Origin: Betaproteobacteria bacterium
GTDB taxonomy: Bacteria > Pseudomonadota > Gammaproteobacteria > Burkholderiales > Burkholderiaceae_C
Assembly: GCA_050256835.1 (NCBI GenBank)
Contig: JBLMVT010000012.1
Coordinates: 1-29,159 of the forward strand
Direction of reading: 5' to 3'
Length of the DNA: 29,159 nucleotides
Below the pieces are notes generated by a model that was given only the letters and a program-made list of their open reading frames with translations, was not told the DNA's origin and ran no database searches. How positions within the stretch are numbered: position 1 is the first letter of the stretch; each line of letters begins with the position of its first letter. The position numbers and the translations under genes were made by a program. Shown here piece by piece: positions 17,216 through 26,015 of this stretch.

Positions 17216-18814
17216 TCATTGGAAGCTGTAGATCAGCTGCAGATGCGCGCGGTTGTCGCCTCTCTCGGTGAGGTTGCCGTTCTTCAGTGCGTGCGCCAGG
17301 TCCAGTCGAAACTGCAGGTTCTGCCAGTCCAGGCGCGTGCCCAGCCCGACAGCGGCCAGCGTGCAGGACGACTGTGCGTCGCGGCAAGGGGTGTTCAGCC
17401 GATTCCAGACCTTGCCGGCATCAACGAAGCCAAGCAGACGCAACGCCGACTTCGGGCTTGCGGTGGCCGGGAGCAGGCTCGGCGAGTACAGCTCCAACGT
17501 GGCGCTGACGCCGCTGTCGCCGGTGATTTCGCGTTCCTCGTAGCCGCGCACGCTGGTCGACCCGGCAATGCTGAACTGCTCGCCATTGACCAGGCCGTCG
17601 TCGGTCCATTGCCCGGCGATGCGCCCGCTGATCTGCCAATGCCGCGGCAAGGCCCGGGCCGCAAAGCCGCCCAAGCGCACCAGGCTGTAGTCGCGCGACG
17701 CGCCTGGACGCGCCGCCTCGTAGTGGGCCGCGTCGGCATGGCTGCCGCCCAGCGCGAGGTTGTGCGTCAAGCCGGCATTGAAGCCGAGAGCCCGTTCGCC
17801 GCCGCGCTGCAGGGTGTAATCCAGCGACAGTGGATTGACCGTCACGCTGGCGCCGGGGCTGCCGCAGGCGCCGGGGGGCAGGCCGGCGATGGTGCAGTCG
17901 TTGTTGTAATCGCGGCGGTCCAGGCCGAGCGACAGTCGGTGGTCGAACTCGCCGATGCGCTCCAGGTGCTTGTTGAGCCGCACGCCCAGCATCTGGCCGC
18001 GGCCGCTGAACTGCAGCGCGCCGGCCGCGGTGGCGGTGGTGCCGTTGTCGACGTCGGAACGCACACCGAAGAAATCGACCGTCATGCCACGCTCATAGAG
18101 TGGAACGTGGTAGCTGGCACTAAAGACGGCCACGGAACTGGGCTTGTCCGGGGATGTCTGCAGCAGAAGCGACAGCACGTGGTCCAAGTCCCACAAGGCG
18201 GCGTTCTGGTACATCAGGCTGGCGCGCAGACGTCCCGTGTTGCTGTTGCCGGTGTTGTCCAGCGCCACCGACCAGCGACGCGCGGGCTGCTCGCTGACGA
18301 CGATGTGGGCCTCAACGTCACCCGGTTGCTGGCCTGCCTCGAGGGACAGCGCCAGCTGTTTGGCGGGGTTCTCGTTAGCCAACTGGATCTCGGTGTCGAT
18401 GCGCCGCACCGGCGGCGTCTTGCCCTCCACCAGCTGCGGCAGGCTGCGGCGAATGTTCGCCTCGCTGAACTGCTGGTTGCCGGAAACGACCACCAGCGCC
18501 AGACGGCCTTCGAGCACGGCGATGGTGACCCGCCCGGGTGTGCCGGACTGCGGCGGCAGGTAGGCCACCACGGCGCCGTAGCCGGCATCACGGTACAGCG
18601 ACTGGACTGCCTGAGCCGCCTGTTTGAGCTCGTCCAGCGTGCGTTCGCCCTTGAATGGCGCCAGGGCGGCAGCCACGGCCTGCGCGGGCAGCAATGTGTT
18701 CCCGGTGACGACAAACTCTTCGACCAGGACGCGCGGTTGCTGCGCCTGGACCTGGATCGCGATGCCCAGGATGAGCCCGCAGGCCAACCGATGAATGATG
18801 CTTCTTGTCGTCAT
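17216..18814 (-). CDS. TpsB outer-membrane transporter (ShlB/FhaC/HecB family), 532 aa
   Basis: Signal peptide MTTRSIIHRLACGLILGIAIQVQA with AGGTG upstream. POTRA segments (FVVTGNTLL, YRDAGY, VLEGRL, SGNQQFS), SVALDNTGNSNTGRLR, the conserved VRGY loop motif (SVRGYEE), FVDAG, and an aromatic C-terminus (LIYSFQ). Directly upstream of tpsA and co-oriented with it. Confidence 0.92.
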   Translation of the reverse strand: MTTRSIIHRLACGLILGIAIQVQAQQPRVLVEEFVVTGNTLLPAQAVAAALAPFKGERTLDELKQAAQAVQSLYRDAGYGAVVAYLPPQSGTPGRVTIAVLEGRLALVVVSGNQQFSEANIRRSLPQLVEGKTPPVRRIDTEIQLANENPAKQLALSLEAGQQPGDVEAHIVVSEQPARRWSVALDNTGNSNTGRLRASLMYQNAALWDLDHVLSLLLQTSPDKPSSVAVFSASYHVPLYERGMTVDFFGVRSDVDNGTTATAAGALQFSGRGQMLGVRLNKHLERIGEFDHRLSLGLDRRDYNNDCTIAGLPPGACGSPGASVTVNPLSLDYTLQRGGERALGFNAGLTHNLALGGSHADAAHYEAARPGASRDYSLVRLGGFAARALPRHWQISGRIAGQWTDDGLVNGEQFSIAGSTSVRGYEEREITGDSGVSATLELYSPSLLPATASPKSALRLLGFVDAGKVWNRLNTPCRDAQSSCTLAAVGLGTRLDWQNLQFRLDLAHALKNGNLTERGDNRAHLQLIYSFQ

Positions 18815-18923
18815 TGATTCACCTACGGAGCGCCGTCGGCATCCGGCCCGAATCCGGCACGCACGAACGATCAGGAATTGGGACCAACAACGGTTGGGTT
18901 CGACAATACCGATGAACCCGCGT

Positions 18924-18938
18924 GCAACGACTCGTTGC
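18924..18938. promoter_or_regulatory. Perfect palindrome GCAACGA-C-TCGTTGC in the tpsB/ompA divergent intergenic region; candidate operator
   Basis: 7-bp inverted arms with a 1-nt centre, seen directly. Function is inferred only. Confidence 0.3.
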
Positions 18939-19190
18939 GGCAAGGACGATCCGCCTAGCCTCGAGCTACTTCCCCACCGAGGCATTGTGCGGGCAAGGCC
19001 ACGCGATCGCGCGATCGGCGCGAAGAAAATGCGCGGACTCGGGCGGCGGATCGATCAGCGGTCGTCCACTCGCGCGCCTGCGCGAGATCGGCTGCACACG
19101 GGAATCGGCATGGAACCAGCCCTGCGTTTGCGTAGTGGCGGAGGCTCGACGGCACGGTGTATTCTTTCGAGCCACATCGAGGGGGATCCC

Positions 19191-19763
19191 ATGAACATCG
19201 GAAAGCAGCATCTCTGCACCTGCCTCGTCGCAGTCGCGCCCTGGATGCTGGGCAGTGCATTGGCGCAGGAGCCGGTGCTCAAGGGCAAACAGGTCACCGA
19301 GTCGGCGCTCATCGACGCGCTGTCGGTCGATGCGCCCGCCGGGGCCGTGCAAGGCGGGACGCGGGGCTTGGTCCTGTCTTCCAAGCATGCGGGTCCATCC
19401 AAGGCCACCAAGGCGGGTCCGGGCAAGGCGTCCTTGCTGATCACGTTCACGGAGGGCTCGGCCCAACTGACGCCCGAATCGATGTCGATTCTGGACACGC
19501 TGGCCAAGGCGCTCGCGTCGGATCAGCTCGCGGGCAACACGTTTCGGGTCGAAGGGCACGCGGATCCGCGCGGCACCGAAGAGGGCAATGTTCGTCTTTC
19601 GCAGGAGCGCGCCGAATCGGTCGTCGACTATCTCGTCAACAAGCACGGCCTCCTGCCGGAGCGCCTCTCGGCAGTGGGCAAGGGTTCGACCGAATTGGCC
19701 AACCCGGACCGGCCAGACGCACCTGAGAACCGCCGCGTGACCATCGTCACCAAGCGCGAATGA
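19191..19763 (+). CDS. Exported OmpA C-terminal-like (peptidoglycan-binding) domain protein, 190 aa
   Basis: GAGGGG upstream of the ATG; signal peptide ending ALA-Q; ITFTEGSAQL, FRVEGHADPRG, NVRLSQERAESV, GKGS, NRRV. Confidence 0.9.
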   Translation: MNIGKQHLCTCLVAVAPWMLGSALAQEPVLKGKQVTESALIDALSVDAPAGAVQGGTRGLVLSSKHAGPSKATKAGPGKASLLITFTEGSAQLTPESMSILDTLAKALASDQLAGNTFRVEGHADPRGTEEGNVRLSQERAESVVDYLVNKHGLLPERLSAVGKGSTELANPDRPDAPENRRVTIVTKRE

Positions 19764-19804
19764 CCACTCGCGATCGAATCGGCGCCTATGCCGGCGGCGG
19801 CGGA

Positions 19805-19881
19805 TGGTCGGGGTGAAGTGATTCGAACACTCGACCCACTGCTCCCAAAGCAGTTGCGCTACCAGGCTGCGCTACACCCCG
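19805..19881 (-). tRNA. tRNA-Pro (anticodon TGG)
   Basis: Minus strand reads CGGGGTGTAGCGCAGCCTGGTAGCGCAACTGC-TTTGGGA-GCAGTGGGTCGAGTGTTCGAATCACTTCACCCCGACCA. It is 77 nt with paired acceptor stem, anticodon stem, TTCGAAT loop and encoded CCA. Confidence 0.97.
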
Positions 19882-19890
19882 ACAGCGCTC

Positions 19891-19896
19891 ATTGTA
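19891..19896 (-). promoter_or_regulatory. Candidate sigma70 -10 box (TACAAT) for tRNA-Pro
   Basis: TACAAT is followed by GC-rich GAGCGC and ends 9 nt before the tRNA 5' end. No convincing -35 box. Confidence 0.45.
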
Positions 19897-19905
19897 GGGC
19901 GGCCC

Positions 19906-22900
19906 TCACGCGCGCAGCTGCGTCAGGACCTTCTCCAGCCGCCTGACGCTCACCGGTTGGGGCGTGCGCAGCTCCTGCGCGAACAGGCCGACGCGCAGCT
20001 CCTCGAGCAGCCAGCGGAACTCGTCGAGGCGCGCGTCGTGCGCCCCGCGCCGCTCGGCGACGAGTCGTTCCCAGCGCTGCTCGAGCGGGCGCAGCTCGGC
20101 CAGGTGCCGGGCATCGCGCTGCGGATCGGCGCGCAGCTTGTCGAGCCGTCGCTGCACGGCCTCGAGGTAGCGCACCATGTGCGGCAGCTGTACTGCCGGC
20201 GTGTCGACGACGAAGCGGGCCGGCAGCAGCCGCGCGAGCTGGGCGCGGATGTCGTCGGCGACCTCCTTCGGCGGGCGGCTGTCCTTGAGCTTGCGTTGCG
20301 CGGCAGCGTAGCCGGCGAGCACCGCTGCGGCCTGGCGCGCGATCTCCTGCGCGATCAGCGTCAGCCGCGGTCGTCCCTCGGCGAGCCGCGCGTCGAAGCT
20401 CGCCGCGTCGTGCGGCAGCGGCTCGGCGAGGAAGGCGCGGTCGAGCGCGGCCTCGACGATCTGCCCGCGCAGTTCCTCGGCCGTGCCCAGCCCCAGATAG
20501 GCCACCGCCATCTGCTGCAGGCCGGAGATGTTCTTCTCGAGGTGCTTGAGCGGCTCCTTCAGCTGCAGCGCGACGAGGCGCCTCAAGCCCGCACGGTGCC
20601 GCTCGACGGCGACCTGCGGCTCGTCGAAGACCTCGATCGTCACGTGATCGCCGCGGTCGATCAGCGCCGGAAAGCCGACCAGCGACGCGCCGCCCCTGGC
20701 GCCCGGCACCTCCATCAGTTCGGGCAGCTCGCCGAAGGTCCAGGCGGTGTAAGTCACGTCGCGCGTGTGACCCTCACCCCCACCCTCTCGCGCCAGCGGG
20801 GGAAGGACGGCCGCCTCACTCCCTCTTCCCCCGGGAGAGGGTTGGGGTGCGGGCCGCGGCGCGATCGCCTCCTTCACCCGCAGTCCGGCCAGCGCCTGGA
20901 ATGCCGAGCGTGCCTGGCCACCGAGCTCGGCCTTCAAGGCGGCGACGTGGCGGCCCATGCCGAGCTGGCGGCCGTGCTCGTCGACGATGCGCAGGTTCAT
21001 GAACAGATGCGCCGGCACCTGGTCGAGCTTGAAGTCAGCGCGCTGCACGGGCAGCTGGCTGCGTTCGCGCACTGAACGCAGCAGAGCGTCGATCAGGTCG
21101 CCCTCGCCGAACGTCGTCGCCTCGACGAAGGCGCGGGCGAATTCCGGCAGCGGCAGCAGCCGCGAGCGCGGGCGCTGCGGCAGGCTCTTCGCGAGCGCCA
21201 CCACCTTGTCCTTCAGCATGCCGGGCACCAGCCATTCGCAGCGCTCTTCGCTGACCTGGTTGAGCGCATACAGCGGCACCGTCACGGTGACGCCGTCGCG
21301 CGGGTCGCCGGGTTCGTGCAGGTAGCCGGCAGCGCAATCGATGCCGCCGAGGCGCACCAGGCGCGGGAAAGCGTCGGTGGTGATGCCCGCGGCCTCGTGG
21401 CGCATCAGCTCGTCGCGCGCCAGCATGAGCAGCCGCGGCTGGCGCCTGACCTCCTGCCGGTACCAGCGTTCGAGCGCCGCGCCGCCGGTGACGTCGGCCG
21501 GCAGCATGCGGTCGTAGAAGGCGAAGATCAGTTCCTCGTCGACCAGCACGTCCTGCCGGCGCGACTTGTGCTCCAGCTCCTCGACCTGGCGTACCAGCTT
21601 GCGGTTGTGTTCGAGGAACGGCAACCGGCTGTCCCAGTCGCCTTCGACCAGCGCGGCGCGGATGAACATCGCGCGCGCGGCGACCGGGTCGACAGTGGCG
21701 TAGGCGACGCGCCGGTCGTTGTAGACCACCAGTCCGTACAGGGTCGCACGCTCGAGAGCGACCACCTCGCCGGCCTTCTTCTCCCAGTGCGGCTCGAGCA
21801 GCTGCTTCTTCAGCAGGTGGCCGGCGACGCCGGGCAGCCAGCGCGGGTCGATCGCCGCCAGGCCGCGGCCGAACAGCCGCGTCGTCTCGACCAGCTAGGC
21901 CGCGACGATCCAGCGGCCCGGCTTGCGGCACAGATGCGTGCCGGGGTGGCGCCAAAAGCGGATGCCGCGCGCACCCAGGTACCACTCGTCCTCGTCGCTC
22001 TTCACGCCGACGTTGCCCAGTAGTCCGGCGATCAGCGCGAGGTGGATCTGCTCGTAGGTCGCCGGTGCGGCGTTGAGCCGCCAGCCGTGTTCGGCGACCA
22101 CGGTGTGCAGCTGCGAATGGATGTCTCGCCACTCGCGCACTCGGCGCGGGCTGATGAAGTGCTCGCGCAGGCGCTGCTCCTGCTGGCGGTTGCTGAGCTT
22201 GTGCACCGGGCCGTCGGCCGGCCCCTGGCCTCGCCCCGCCTCGATCCAGCGCCACAGCCTGAGCGTGCCCATGAACTCCGACTTCTCGTCGTCGAAGGGC
22301 TTGTGCTTTGCGTCGGCCGCGGCCTGCGCCTCGAGCGGGCGGTCGCGCACGTCCTGCCCGGCCAGCGCCGCGGCGATGACGAGCACCTCGCCCAGCGAGC
22401 CGCGCTCGCGCGCCTCGAGGATCATGCGGCCGATGCGCGGGTCGAGCGGCAGCTTCGCCAGCTCGCGGCCGATCGCGGTCAGCTCGTTCGCGTCGTCGAC
22501 GGCGTTCAGCTCGCCGAGCAGCGCGTAGCCGTCGGCGACGGCGCGCCGTGGCGGCGGGTCGATGAAAGGAAACTCCTCGACCGCGCCGAGCGCCAGCGCC
22601 TTCATGCGCAGGATCACGCCGGCCAGCGACGAGCGCAGGATCTCCGGGTCGGTGAAGCGCGGACGGGCGGCGAAGCCGGCCTCGTCGTAGAGCCGGATGC
22701 ACACGCCGTTGGCGATGCGTCCGCAGCGCCCGGCGCGCTGCTGGGCCGCGGCCTGGCTGATCGGCTCGACCTGCAGCTGCTCGACCTTGTTGCGCCAGCT
22801 GTAGCGCTTGACGCGCGCCAGCCCGCTGTCGATCACGTAGCGGATGCCGGGCACGGTGAGCGAGGTCTCGGCGACGTTGGTGGCGAGCACGATGCGCCGC

Positions 22901-23838
22901 GCCCCGCCGCTGGCGAACACGCGGTCCTGCTCGGCCTGCGACAGCCGCGCATAGAGCGGCAGCACCTCGACCGCGCCGCGGTGCGCGCTCGCCAGGTGCC
23001 GGCGCAGGTGGTCTGCGGCCTCGCGGATCTCGCGCTCGCCGGGCAGGAAGACGAGGATGTCGGCCGGGCCGCCGGGCTGCGGCCCGCGCCAGAGCTCGTC
23101 GACCGCATCGGCGATGGCGTCGTTCAGGTCGTGGTCGCGGCGCTCCTCGAACGGCCGCCAGCGCTGCTCGACCGGGAACAGACGTCCCGACACTTGGATC
23201 ACCGGCGCCGGACCGGCGCCCGAAGCGAAGTGCTGCGCGAAGCGGTCGGCGTCGATCGTCGCCGACGTGACGACGACCTTCAGGTCGGGCCGCCTCGGCA
23301 ATAGCTCGCGCAGGTAGCCGAGCAGGAAGTCGATGTTCAGGCTGCGCTCGTGCGCCTCGTCGATGACAAGCGTGTCGTAGGCGGCGAGCAGCGGGTCGGA
23401 CTGGGTCTCGGCGAGCAGGATGCCGTCGGTCATCAGCTTGACCGATGCGCCCGGCTGCAGCCGGTCCTGGAAGCGCACCTTGTAGCCGACCACCTCGCCG
23501 AGCGGCGTCTGGAGTTCCTCGGCGATGCGCCGCGCCACCGAGCTGGCGGCGATGCGGCGCGGCTGGGTGTGGCCGATCAGCGGTCCGCGCCCGCGCGCGT
23601 CGCGGGCGCGACCGCGACCCATGGCCAGCGCGATCTTCGGCAGCTGCGTGGTCTTGCCCGAGCCGGTCTCGCCGCAGACGACGATGACCTGGTGGTCGCG
23701 CATCGCGCGCGCGATCTCGTCGCGCCGCGCGGACACGGGCAGCGACTCGGGGAAGGTGATCGGCGGCAGCGGTGCGAGCGTCGCTGCGCGGGGCGACGGG
23801 GCGGGGTTCACGGCAGGCGGCGGATTATCGGGGAGCAC
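19906..23838 (-). pseudogene. hrpA: ATP-dependent RNA helicase HrpA (about 1310 codons) interrupted by one in-frame TAG at 21895-21897
   Basis: [48 protein letters not shown]. ORFs 21895..23838 and 19906..21765 share one frame, and reading through gives WIVAA*LVETTRLFGR. The HrpA C-terminus RWLLEELRVGLFAQEL is present. The start may be GTG 23811. It could be an intact gene with a sequencing error. Confidence 0.85.
20771..20853. repeat. 83-bp REP/CIR-like palindromic element inside hrpA coding sequence
   Basis: Arms CCCTCACCCCCACCCTCTCGC (20771-20791) and GGGAGAGGGTTGGGGTGCGGG (20833-20853) are inverted repeats matching at 18 of 21 positions, and each end also folds locally. Confidence 0.75.
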
Positions 23839-23885
23839 CCGCCGTGCCGGGGCCCATGCTGCACAATCCGCCGACCGCCCGCGCC

Positions 23886-25226
23886 ATGAGCCTCGTCTTT
23901 CCCCACACCTTCGTGCCCTGGTTCCGCTCGGTGGCGCCGTACATCCACGCGTACCGCGGCAAGACCTTCGTGGTCGCGATGGCCGGCGAGCTGATCGCCG
24001 CCGGCAAGCTCAACCTGTTCGTCCAGGACCTCGCCGTCCTGCACGCGATGGGCATCAAGCTGGTGCTGGTGCACGGCTTCCGGCCGCAGGTCAACGAACA
24101 GCTCGCCGCCAAGGGCCACGCATCGCAGTTCAGCCACGGCCTGCGCATCACCGACCCGATCGCGCTCGACGCCGCGCAGGAAGCGGCCGGCCAGTTGCGC
24201 TTCGAGATCGAGGCCGCTTTCTCGCAGGGGCTGCCGAACACGCCGATGGCCAACGCGACGGTGCGCCTGGTCTCGGGCAACTTCCTGACCGCGCGACCGG
24301 TGGGCATCGTCGACGGCATCGACTTCCAGTCCAGCGGTTGGGTGCGCCGCGTCGACTCCGCGGCGATCCGCAACGCAATCGACAACGGCGCCATCGTGCT
24401 GCTGTCGCCGTTCGGCTTTTCGCCGACCGGCGAGGCGTTCAACCTGTCGATGGAGGACGTCGCCACCAGCACGGCGATCTCGCTGCAGGCCGACAAGCTG
24501 CTGTTCCTGACCGAGATCCCCGGCATCCACGAGGACCGCGCCGACGCCGACAGTCCGATCGACACCGAGCTGGCGCTGGCCGACGCGGAGCGGCTGCTGG
24601 CCGCGCTGCCGAACCCCGAAAAGCCGACCGACACCGCGTTCTACCTGCAGCACTGCGTCAAAGCCTGCCGCGGCGGCGTCGAGCGCTCGCACATCCTGCC
24701 GTTCGCCGTCGACGGCGCGCTGCTGATGGAGATCTATACCCACGACGGCATCGGCACGATGGTCGTCGACGAGAAGCTGGAGAGCCTGCGCGAGGCGACC
24801 TCCGACGACATCGGCGGAATCCTGCAGCTGATCGAGCCGTTCGAGCGCGACGGCACACTGGTCAAGCGCGATCGCACCGAGATCGAACGCGACATCGGCC
24901 ACTACACCGTGATCGAGCACGACGGCGTGATCTTCGGCTGCGCCGCCCTCTACCCTTACCCCGAGGCGCGCACCGGCGAGATGGCCGCGCTGACGATCTC
25001 GCCCGCGGTGCAGGGCCAGGGCGACGGCGAACGCATCCTCAAGCGCATCGAGCAGCGCGCCAAGGCGATGGGACTGGCGAGCATCTTCGTGCTGACCACG
25101 CGCACCATGCACTGGTTCATCAAGCGCGGCTTCGAGCACGTCGAGGCCGACTGGCTGCCCGAGGCGCGCAAGCGCAAGTACAACTGGGACCGCCGCTCGG
25201 TCGTGCTCGTCAAGCGCCTGGCATGA
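23886..25226 (+). CDS. argA: Amino-acid N-acetyltransferase (N-acetylglutamate synthase)
   Basis: [67 protein letters not shown], and a C-terminal GNAT domain ([10 protein letters not shown]). Confidence 0.96.
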   Translation: MSLVFPHTFVPWFRSVAPYIHAYRGKTFVVAMAGELIAAGKLNLFVQDLAVLHAMGIKLVLVHGFRPQVNEQLAAKGHASQFSHGLRITDPIALDAAQEAAGQLRFEIEAAFSQGLPNTPMANATVRLVSGNFLTARPVGIVDGIDFQSSGWVRRVDSAAIRNAIDNGAIVLLSPFGFSPTGEAFNLSMEDVATSTAISLQADKLLFLTEIPGIHEDRADADSPIDTELALADAERLLAALPNPEKPTDTAFYLQHCVKACRGGVERSHILPFAVDGALLMEIYTHDGIGTMVVDEKLESLREATSDDIGGILQLIEPFERDGTLVKRDRTEIERDIGHYTVIEHDGVIFGCAALYPYPEARTGEMAALTISPAVQGQGDGERILKRIEQRAKAMGLASIFVLTTRTMHWFIKRGFEHVEADWLPEARKRKYNWDRRSVVLVKRLA

Positions 25227-25312
25227 CCCGCCTGGCGAGCGCCTGGCGAGCGCCGGGCCGCGCCGCGCTACAGTGCGCCGATTTCCGTTTCGAACGACCG
25301 AGGAGTGACGCC

Positions 25313-25585
25313 ATGGCGCGCACCGTGAACTGCGTATACCTGAAGAAGGAAGCCGAGGGGCTGGATTTCGCGCCGTACCCGGGCGAACTCGGCAAGCGCA
25401 TTTACCAGAACGTCAGCAAGGAAGCCTGGCAACTCTGGCTGCGCCACCAGACGATGCTGGTCAACGAAAACCGCCTCAATCTGGCCGACCAGCGCGCTCG
25501 CCAGTATCTGGCGCGGCAAATGGAGCGATTCTTTTTCGGTGAAGGCGCCGACCGCCCCGCGGGGTATGTACCGCCCGCGGAGTAA
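25313..25585 (+). CDS. yggX: Oxidative-damage protection / Fe(II)-trafficking protein
   Basis: AGGAG upstream; [31 protein letters not shown]...[14 protein letters not shown]. Confidence 0.95.
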   Translation: MARTVNCVYLKKEAEGLDFAPYPGELGKRIYQNVSKEAWQLWLRHQTMLVNENRLNLADQRARQYLARQMERFFFGEGADRPAGYVPPAE

Positions 25586-25599
25586 GGGTTTCTCCTGCA

Positions 25600-25620
25600 C
25601 CCGCGGGTTGTTCCTGCGGG
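25600..25620 (+). terminator. Possible hairpin after yggX
   Basis: CCCGCGGG-TTGTT-CCTGCGGG forms an 8-bp stem with one G-U pair, but there is no immediate U-tract. Confidence 0.25.
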
Positions 25621-25685
25621 CCCGACTTTCATAGAATCCGCCATACGCCGCGCGGCGCGACGATTCCATGAATGAAGGGAATTCC

Positions 25686-25994
25686 ATGGCCAACCTTCAG
25701 GATTTGCTGGCGCAGAAGGCCGACCTCGAAAAGCAGATCGATGCAGCGCAGAAGAGGGCCCGCGCCGAGGCGATTGCCCAGGTCAAGGCGCTGATGGACG
25801 AATATGGCCTCAGCGTCGCCGACCTGAATCCTCGCGAGGCGCCGCGCAAGGCGGCCGGGGCGAAAGGTCGCAAGGTTGCCGTGAAATACCGTGACAGCGC
25901 CACCGGAAACACCTGGAGCGGCCGCGGCCTGCAGCCCAAATGGCTCAGGGCGGCACTGGCCGCCGGGCGCAAGCTCGAGGATTTCCGCGTCTAG
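25686..25994 (+). CDS. H-NS family nucleoid-associated protein, 102 aa
   Basis: N-terminal coiled coil (LLAQKADLEKQI...MDEYGL) and DNA-binding motif KYRD...TWSGRGLQPKW. GAAGGGA lies upstream. Confidence 0.93.
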   Translation: MANLQDLLAQKADLEKQIDAAQKRARAEAIAQVKALMDEYGLSVADLNPREAPRKAAGAKGRKVAVKYRDSATGNTWSGRGLQPKWLRAALAAGRKLEDFRV

Positions 25995-26015
25995 GCCCGA
26001 TATCCGGGGCGCGAC

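Noticed and set aside
11440-17271. Antisense ORFs 11440..14028 + and 15298..17271 + over tpsA
   Set aside because: Antisense shadows with no recognisable domain; none is a credible immunity gene.
11437-18814. CDI (CdiA/CdiB/CdiI) interpretation
   Set aside because: No VENN-like pre-toxin motif, no downstream co-oriented immunity ORF, and TpsA is shorter and HMW1-like.
1-19804. Integrase, transposase or att duplicate of the tRNA-Pro 3' end
   Set aside because: No recombinase-like ORF, and no second copy of TGGTCGGGGTGAAG was found by eye.
21895-21897. Genome-wide amber recoding or pyrrolysine
   Set aside because: TAG ends the H-NS gene (25992-25994) and the EAL gene (27846-27848) at natural C-termini, and no pyl genes or suppressor tRNA are in the window.
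25230-25254. 11-bp tandem duplication GCCTGGCGAGC after argA
   Set aside because: Real, but only two units in a GC-rich spacer; most likely slippage with no evident function.
19906-25585. hrpA / argA / yggX arrangement as a novel cluster
   Set aside because: These are housekeeping genes, and to my recollection this is a usual Burkholderiales neighbourhood.
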